A DNA stretch of 32,000 bases from assembly GCA_964577555.1 (NCBI GenBank), contig CAZNZM010000002.1, forward strand, positions 3,012 to 35,011, in the 5' to 3' direction. Below are positions 26,608 through 32,000 of the stretch, in pieces; positions within the stretch are counted from its first letter, which is position 1, and every line of letters begins with the position of its first letter. A program made the position numbers and the translations under genes. This DNA is from an uncultured archaeon (GTDB lineage Archaea; Iainarchaeota; Iainarchaeia; Iainarchaeales; Iainarchaeaceae). A model generated the notes under the pieces. It ran no database searches and was not told the DNA's origin. It saw only the letters and a program-made list of their open reading frames with translations.

Positions 26608-26678
26608 AGCTGGGAGAGGGAGTCGAACCCCCCTAGCCCGCTCTGCAGGCGGGTACATAGCCGCTCTGACATCCCAGC
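26608..26678 (-). tRNA. tRNA-Cys (anticodon GCA)
   Basis: GCTGGGA-TG-TCAGAGCGGCTATGTA-CCCGC-CTGCAGA-GCGGG-CTAG-GGGGG-TTCGACT-CCCTC-TCCCAGC-T. Acceptor and anticodon stems pair perfectly, T-stem has one G-U, anticodon GCA, discriminator U73, CCA not encoded. Confidence 0.93.
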
Positions 26679-26850
26679 TGTTGTTTTTTTTGTTTTAAGA
26701 AGAAGTGTTGAGAAAGGATTAAAAGCAGTCGTGTGTTTTTGTGTTTTGATTTTTTTGTTTTTTTTAGCCATTTTAGGTTTTTTTTTATTTCGTTTTGTTT
26801 TTGGTTATATTTTTTTGCCGAGTTTTTTTGAATTTTACTTTTTTTAGTTT

Positions 26851-28890
26851 TTATAAAAAGAGTGGTGCTAGTACAAGTGTGATTGTTGCTAATAGTTTTA
26901 TTAGTACGTGTAGTGATGGTCCCGCGGTGTCTTTGAATGGGTCTCCTATTGTGTCTCCGATTACTGCTGCTTTGTGCGTTTCGCTTCCTTTTCCGCCTTC
27001 ATACCCTTCTTCTATGAATTTTTTTGCGTTGTCCCATGCTCCGCCTGCGTTGTTGAGGAATGTTGCGAATAGTATTCCTGTTATTGTTCCTACCATTAGC
27101 ATTGCTGCTACGGCTTCGTATTTTAATGCAAGTCCTATTACTAATGGGAATATTACTGCTAGTGCTCCTGGTATTATCATGTTTTTTAGTGCTCCTTGTG
27201 TTGTTATGTCCACGCATTTTGCGTAGTCTGGTTTTTTCTTGCCGTTCATTATGTCTTTGTCTTTGAATTGTCTTCTTACTTCTTCAATTATGTATGTTGC
27301 GGTTTTGCTTACTCCTCTGATTGCTCTTGATGTGAATAGAAGTACTAGTAGTGCTCCCATTGCTGCTCCTACGAATACTTCTACTTTGGCTATGTTGACT
27401 ACTTCAAATGTGTTTTTCGATAGGTGTGTTATTTCGCTCATGTATGCTGAAAATAGGAGGAATGCTGCAAGTGATGCGCTTCCTATGGCGTATCCTTTTG
27501 TGAGTGCTTTTGTCGTGTTGCCTACTGAGTCTAGTTTGTCAAGTCTTGTTCTTGTTTCTTTTTTTTCTCCTGAGAATTCTGCTATTCCTGCTGCGTTGTC
27601 TGTTATTGGTCCGAACATGTCCATTGCTAGTACGTATGTTGCTGTCATTAGCATTCCTATTGTTGCTATTGCTGTGCCGAATAATCCGCCGTTTTCGATG
27701 CCTGTTTGTTCGCCAAAGTTGTATGCCATTAGTAGTGCTATTGAAATTGTTATGAGTGTTGGGCCTGTTGATTCTAATGCTAATGCAAATCCTGATAGGA
27801 AGTTTGTTGCGGCTCCTGTTCTTGATCCTTCAACTATTCTTTTTACTGGTCTGTGTTTGTGTTCGGTGTAGTGTTCTGTTATGAAGACGAATATTATTGA
27901 AGTGGCTATTCCTATCATGCCTGCTCCAAAAAACCATATGTTGTTGAATAACCAGTCTGTTGCGAAGTAAAGGAAAATAGAGGATAGTATTGCTGTTAGC
28001 CAGTATCCTCTGTTCATTGCTTCCATTGGGCTTTCTTTTTCGTTGAGTTTGACATACATTATTCCTGCTATTGATGCTATTATTCCTAATGCACTGGCGA
28101 GTAGCGGGAATACTACTCCGTTTTGTCCGAATATTGGGAATAGTGCTACTCCAAGTATCATTGCTCCTATGTTTTCTCCTGCTGTGCTTTCAAATAAGTC
28201 TGCTCCTCTTCCTGCGCAATCGCCTACGTTGTCTCCAACCAAATCTGCTATTACTGCTGGGTTTCTTGGGTCGTCTTCAGGTATGTTTGCTTCTACTTTT
28301 CCGACTAAGTCTGCTCCTACGTCTGCCGCTTTTGTGTATATTCCTCCGCCTAGTTGTGCAAATAGCGCCACAAATGATGCTCCAAATGCATATCCAACTA
28401 TTATGAAGGGTGTTTGTTCCGGGTTAGATCCAAATAGAATGTATGTTATTGAAACGCCAAGCAATGACATTGAAACTAGTAAAATTCCTGCTACTGCGCC
28501 TCCTTTGAATGCTATGTCAAATGCTGTGGCGAGTGATGTTTTTGCTCCTGCTGCTGTTCTTGAATTGGTGTTGACCGCCATTAGCATTGAAAGTATGCCT
28601 GCCAGTGCGCTGAGTGTTGCTCCTATTAAGAATGAAATTGATGTTGTCAGGGATTTTTCATGGGAGAAGAATTGGAATATTATGTAAAGTGCTGTTGCCA
28701 CTATTATTGCAAAAATTGCTATTGTTTTTGTTTGTCTTTTCATGTATGCGGCTGCTCCTTCCCTTATGTATTCGGCTACTTCAATCATTTTTTCTGTGCC
28801 TTCTTCTTTTTTGAAGACGTAAATTGCCAGCAATGCCGAAATAACTAAAGTGATTATGCTTATTATGAAAACAATTAGTATTGGATCCAT
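26851..28890 (-). CDS. hppA: Membrane-bound proton-translocating pyrophosphatase, probably K+-independent
   Basis: IYTKAADVGADLVGKVEANIPEDDPRNPAVIADLVGDNVGDCAGRGADLFES, AGGAWDNAKK, GDTIGDPFKDTAGPSLHVLIKL, and GNTTKALTKGYAIGSA. Confidence 0.96.
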   Translation of the reverse strand: MDPILIVFIISIITLVISALLAIYVFKKEEGTEKMIEVAEYIREGAAAYMKRQTKTIAIFAIIVATALYIIFQFFSHEKSLTTSISFLIGATLSALAGILSMLMAVNTNSRTAAGAKTSLATAFDIAFKGGAVAGILLVSMSLLGVSITYILFGSNPEQTPFIIVGYAFGASFVALFAQLGGGIYTKAADVGADLVGKVEANIPEDDPRNPAVIADLVGDNVGDCAGRGADLFESTAGENIGAMILGVALFPIFGQNGVVFPLLASALGIIASIAGIMYVKLNEKESPMEAMNRGYWLTAILSSIFLYFATDWLFNNIWFFGAGMIGIATSIIFVFITEHYTEHKHRPVKRIVEGSRTGAATNFLSGFALALESTGPTLITISIALLMAYNFGEQTGIENGGLFGTAIATIGMLMTATYVLAMDMFGPITDNAAGIAEFSGEKKETRTRLDKLDSVGNTTKALTKGYAIGSASLAAFLLFSAYMSEITHLSKNTFEVVNIAKVEVFVGAAMGALLVLLFTSRAIRGVSKTATYIIEEVRRQFKDKDIMNGKKKPDYAKCVDITTQGALKNMIIPGALAVIFPLVIGLALKYEAVAAMLMVGTITGILFATFLNNAGGAWDNAKKFIEEGYEGGKGSETHKAAVIGDTIGDPFKDTAGPSLHVLIKLLATITLVLAPLFL

Positions 28891-29135
28891 TAGGAATTCC
28901 TCGTTTTTCTTTTGTTTTGGCTTTGTATAAAGTAATTTGGCTAACCCTTATAAAACCTTCTTTTTTGGCCGTTGCGTTACTATTGTTTTATGTTTTTTGC
29001 AAAGTTTTTTTTCGTTTTTTTTTGTTAGAAAACTTTTTTTTATTTCAACTCATTTAAAAAAATAAGAAATTTTTTTTGTCTTTTTTTTGGCTCGTTAATG
29101 TGCTTGTTTTAATATTTTGTTGTTTTTATTTTGTT

Positions 29136-29654
29136 ATGCAGAAACCTATTTTTTCTATTGTGGCTGTTTTGTCTTTGGATGGAAGGATTGCGCGTGATTC
29201 TAAGCATTTTACTGGTTGGTCTTCAAGAGAGGATAAAGAATTTTTGCATTCTTTTCTTGACAATTCGGATGTAGTGGTTGTTGGCAGGAATACTTGGGTT
29301 GCTGCGAGGCATCGTCTTTCAAAGCGTAATTGTGTTGTTTTTACTTCAAAAGTTGATGGTGTTGTTGTCAAAGGTGAAAATCTTGTTTTTTTCAATCCTC
29401 GTAAATCTGATTTTTTTGATTTTGTTTCCAAATCAGGTTTTGTCAAAGTGGCTGTGCTTGGCGGTTCAATGGTTTTTTCTTATTTTTTGGATAATGGTTT
29501 GGTTGATAATATTTATTTGACTGTTGAGCCATTGGTTTTTGGTTCTGGTTTGTGTTTGTTTGATTCCAAGTTTGAGATTAGAAAATTCAATTTGGTTTCT
29601 TTCAAGAGGTTGAATTCTAATGGGTCGTTGCTTTTGCATTACTCAAGGCAATAA
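29136..29654 (+). CDS. Dihydrofolate reductase / RibD C-terminal domain family reductase
   Basis: FSIVAVLSLDGRIARDS, DVVVVGRNTW, VAVLGGSMVFSYFLDNGLVDNIYLTVEPLVFGSG. ATG at 29136. Confidence 0.82.
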   Translation: MQKPIFSIVAVLSLDGRIARDSKHFTGWSSREDKEFLHSFLDNSDVVVVGRNTWVAARHRLSKRNCVVFTSKVDGVVVKGENLVFFNPRKSDFFDFVSKSGFVKVAVLGGSMVFSYFLDNGLVDNIYLTVEPLVFGSGLCLFDSKFEIRKFNLVSFKRLNSNGSLLLHYSRQ

Positions 29655-29691
29655 AATATAATAAAATATTTTTGTGGCAATTGTTTTTTTT

Positions 29692-30339
29692 ATGGTTGGG
29701 CTTGAAGCGGTTTTTTTTGATTTTGATGGCGTGATTGTTGATACTATGCGTTTGCATTCGATTGCAACTGATTTGGTTTTTAAGGATCTTGGCGTGGCTT
29801 TTCCGCGTGATAAGTTTAATGGAATGAGTTCTATGAGAACTTATGATGTTTATAAGGCTGTGTTGCCTGATTTTTCTGAAAGCGAATTGCGTTTGCTTGA
29901 GGCAAAAAAATATTCTAAGTTGAAGGAGTTGTCAAATTCCGTGGTTGTTTATCCGGGTTTTTTGGAATTTTTGTCAAAGCTTTCAGGGTTTAAAATTGGC
30001 GTTGTTTCAAATTCGAGGCGTGATTTTATTAATTGGGTTCTTGGAAGGGTTTGCAATAATTGTAAGTTTGATGTTGTTGTTTCGGCTGATGATGTTGTAA
30101 ATGGCAAGCCTGATCCTGAGTGTTATTTGAAGGCGGCTTCTATTTTTGGTGTCAAGCCTGAAAATTGTGTGGTTATTGAGGATTCTGTTGCCGGCGTGCT
30201 TGCTGGAAAGTCTGCCGGCATGAAGGTTGTGGCTCTTACTCATACTCATGACAGGATTTTTTTGTTGGATGCCGATCTTGTTGTTGATTCTTTTAAAGAG
30301 CTTTCAGTTGAAAAGTTGAGGGGGCTTTTTGTTGCTTGA
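29692..30339 (+). CDS. HAD-superfamily phosphatase
   Basis: AVFFDFDGVIVDTMRLHS, IGVVSNSRRDFINWVL, GKPDPECYLKAASIFGVKPENCVVIEDSVAGVLAGKSAG. Confidence 0.9.
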   Translation: MVGLEAVFFDFDGVIVDTMRLHSIATDLVFKDLGVAFPRDKFNGMSSMRTYDVYKAVLPDFSESELRLLEAKKYSKLKELSNSVVVYPGFLEFLSKLSGFKIGVVSNSRRDFINWVLGRVCNNCKFDVVVSADDVVNGKPDPECYLKAASIFGVKPENCVVIEDSVAGVLAGKSAGMKVVALTHTHDRIFLLDADLVVDSFKELSVEKLRGLFVA

Positions 30340-30982
30340 AGCCGTGATTTTTGATTTTGATGGCGTGATTGTTGATACTCCTGGAATTTATTTTAAGCAT
30401 ATGAAGAAATTGTTGCAAAAGTATCATGCTGATATTTCCAATGAGGATGTTTCAAATCTTGTTGGCAGGCATTTTGAAGAGGAATTGGATTATATAAATA
30501 AAAAATATGGTTTGAATATTTCGCTTTATGAGTTTGTGGCTGAAACAATAAATTCTGCAAAGGAAGACTTTGCAAAGCTTGTGCTTGATCCTTGTCTTAA
30601 AAATTTGCTTGTTGAGCTTTCACAGTTTGGTGTCAAGTTGGCAATTGCTTCAAATGGGCCTAAAAGCAATATAGATTTTATTGTTTCGCGTTTGGGTGTT
30701 GGAAAGTATTTTTCTGTAATAATTTCAGGCGATGATGTTGAAAATTATAAGCCTTTTCCTGATGTTTATCTTGCCGCTGTTGAAAGGCTTGGCGTGTCTA
30801 AGAGAAATTGTGTTGCTGTTGAGGATACTTTGATTGGCTTGAAGTCTGCTCAATCTGCGGGTTTGAAGGTGGTGGTTATTCCAAATGAGTTTACTGTTTT
30901 TTCGGATTTTTCTGGAGCCAGTCTTGTTGCCAAAGGTTTTAATGGTTTAACTTATAAGGTTCTTAATGGGCTGGTGGAATGA
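30332..30982 (+). CDS. HAD-superfamily phosphatase, tandem paralogue of the preceding gene
   Basis: AVIFDFDGVIVDTPGIYF, KLAIASNGPKSNIDFIV, KPFPDVYLAAVERLGVSKRNCVAVEDTLIGLKSAQSAG. TTG start (30329 or 30332) overlaps the upstream stop. Confidence 0.88.
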   Translation: MLEAVIFDFDGVIVDTPGIYFKHMKKLLQKYHADISNEDVSNLVGRHFEEELDYINKKYGLNISLYEFVAETINSAKEDFAKLVLDPCLKNLLVELSQFGVKLAIASNGPKSNIDFIVSRLGVGKYFSVIISGDDVENYKPFPDVYLAAVERLGVSKRNCVAVEDTLIGLKSAQSAGLKVVVIPNEFTVFSDFSGASLVAKGFNGLTYKVLNGLVE

Positions 30983-32000
30983 AGATTGCGTTTTTTTCTG
31001 ATACTCATCTTGGTTTTGATGAAAAGGGTGAAAGGGCTGATGATTCTTTTCTTGCTCTTGAATCAGCTATTGAACTTTCAGGCAATCATCGGGCTGATTT
31101 GATTGTTATTTCTGGGGATATTTTTGACATGCGAATTCCTTCTCATTCTGTTCTTTACAAGTCTATTGTTTCTTTTTCCAAGGCAAAGAATTTTTCTTCC
31201 AATGTAATGCTTTCAATTGGAAAGGCTGGTGAAGAGAAGTCTATTTCGTTTTCAGGCATTCCGATTTTAGCAATTCATGGGAATCACGAGTATTTGGGCA
31301 AGGGTGTCAGGTCTGCTCTTGATTTGCTTGATCTTTCTGGTTCGTTGATTTATTTTCATGGAGCCAAAATAGTTGCAAGAAAGGGCTCTGAAAGAGTTTG
31401 TATTTTTGGGCTTGGCGCTGTGCCTGAAAAATCGGCTCTTGATGTTATTAGGTATTGGTCTCCAAAGCCGGAGGAAGGTGCTTCCAATGTTTTGGTTTTG
31501 CATCAGGGTTTTAAGGATTTCATGGCTGTTGATGACGAAATGATTGCTTCGCTTAGCTTGGATGATTTGCCTAAAGGTTTTGATTTGATTGTGAATGGCC
31601 ATTTGCATTGGAGTAGTATTCAGGATTTGGGTGGTTCGATTTTTCTTCTTGCAGGCTCGACAATTCCTACTTCTATTAAAAAGCTTGAAGCTGAAAAATT
31701 GAAGGGTGTTTTTTTCTTTGATACTGTTTCCAAGTCTCTTGATTTTGTGGCTTTGCCTTTTCAAAGGAAAATGTTTTATCATAAAATAGTTTTTTCAGAT
31801 GCAGATGCTGACAAAGTGCTTTCGGAATGTCGTAGTTTTGTTCTTGGTGATTTAAGTGTTTCTGGTGTTTTGAAGCCTCTTATTAGACTTAATCTTGTTG
31901 GCACTTTGAAAAAGGGTCTTTCTAATGCCGATGTTGATTTGGGCCCTTTTATTAATGAATTTTCTTCCAAGACTTTTCTTTCTGTTTCAAAGAATTTTTC
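30979..32000 (+). CDS. mre11: Mre11 family DNA double-strand-break repair nuclease (partial, runs off right edge)
   Basis: My translation from ATG 30979: MKIAFFSDTHLGFDEKGERADDSF...ADLIVISGDIFDMRIPS...IPILAIHGNHEYLGKGVRSALDLLDLSG...LVLHQG...FDLIVNGHLHWSS. Absent from the ORF track because it has no stop in the window. Confidence 0.9.
   Translation, partial: MKIAFFSDTHLGFDEKGERADDSFLALESAIELSGNHRADLIVISGDIFDMRIPSHSVLYKSIVSFSKAKNFSSNVMLSIGKAGEEKSISFSGIPILAIHGNHEYLGKGVRSALDLLDLSGSLIYFHGAKIVARKGSERVCIFGLGAVPEKSALDVIRYWSPKPEEGASNVLVLHQGFKDFMAVDDEMIASLSLDDLPKGFDLIVNGHLHWSSIQDLGGSIFLLAGSTIPTSIKKLEAEKLKGVFFFDTVSKSLDFVALPFQRKMFYHKIVFSDADADKVLSECRSFVLGDLSVSGVLKPLIRLNLVGTLKKGLSNADVDLGPFINEFSSKTFLSVSKNF

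Noticed and set aside
26584-26658. N-terminal extension of the CPBP protease ORF (MYPPAERARGVRLPLPASAKNSDKK)
   Set aside because: It is translated from the tRNA-Cys gene; ATG 26583 is the sensible start.
27239-28687. Plus-strand ORFs 27239..27871 and 28043..28687
   Set aside because: Antisense to the pyrophosphatase, which is unambiguous.

Overview
This 32 kb window looks like ordinary chromosome from an AT-rich archaeon. It is DPANN-like by gene content; that lineage call is inference. It carries a replication/translation cluster (PriS, GINS, S27e, aIF2-alpha, PAC2-family), EndoQ-like PHP nuclease, an MJ-type S-layer protein followed by a GT2/thioredoxin-like surface operon, TruD, aRF1, archaeal UMP kinase, Dph2, ribosomal protein L10e (uL16), an HExxH membrane protein, three HAD phosphatases, FTR1 permease, a P-type cation ATPase, a CPBP protease, tRNA-Cys(GCA), a membrane pyrophosphatase, a DHFR/RibD-like reductase and Mre11. 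The Mre11 CDS (30979..end) and a Pro/Thr-rich CDS (306..1, minus) run off the window edges and are absent from the ORF track. I see no CRISPR array, transposase or clear defence island. The most unusual signal is non-coding: long T-rich inserts with embedded GGCGAGCC/GCAAGCC/GCAAGCTG cores. They form a tandem array of about 305 bp units at 4122-4815, a second cluster at about 10930-11560, and single copies elsewhere. In these inserts T lies on the + strand whatever the neighbouring gene orientation. This fits a window-wide T>A excess on the + strand that the S-layer gene appears to escape.
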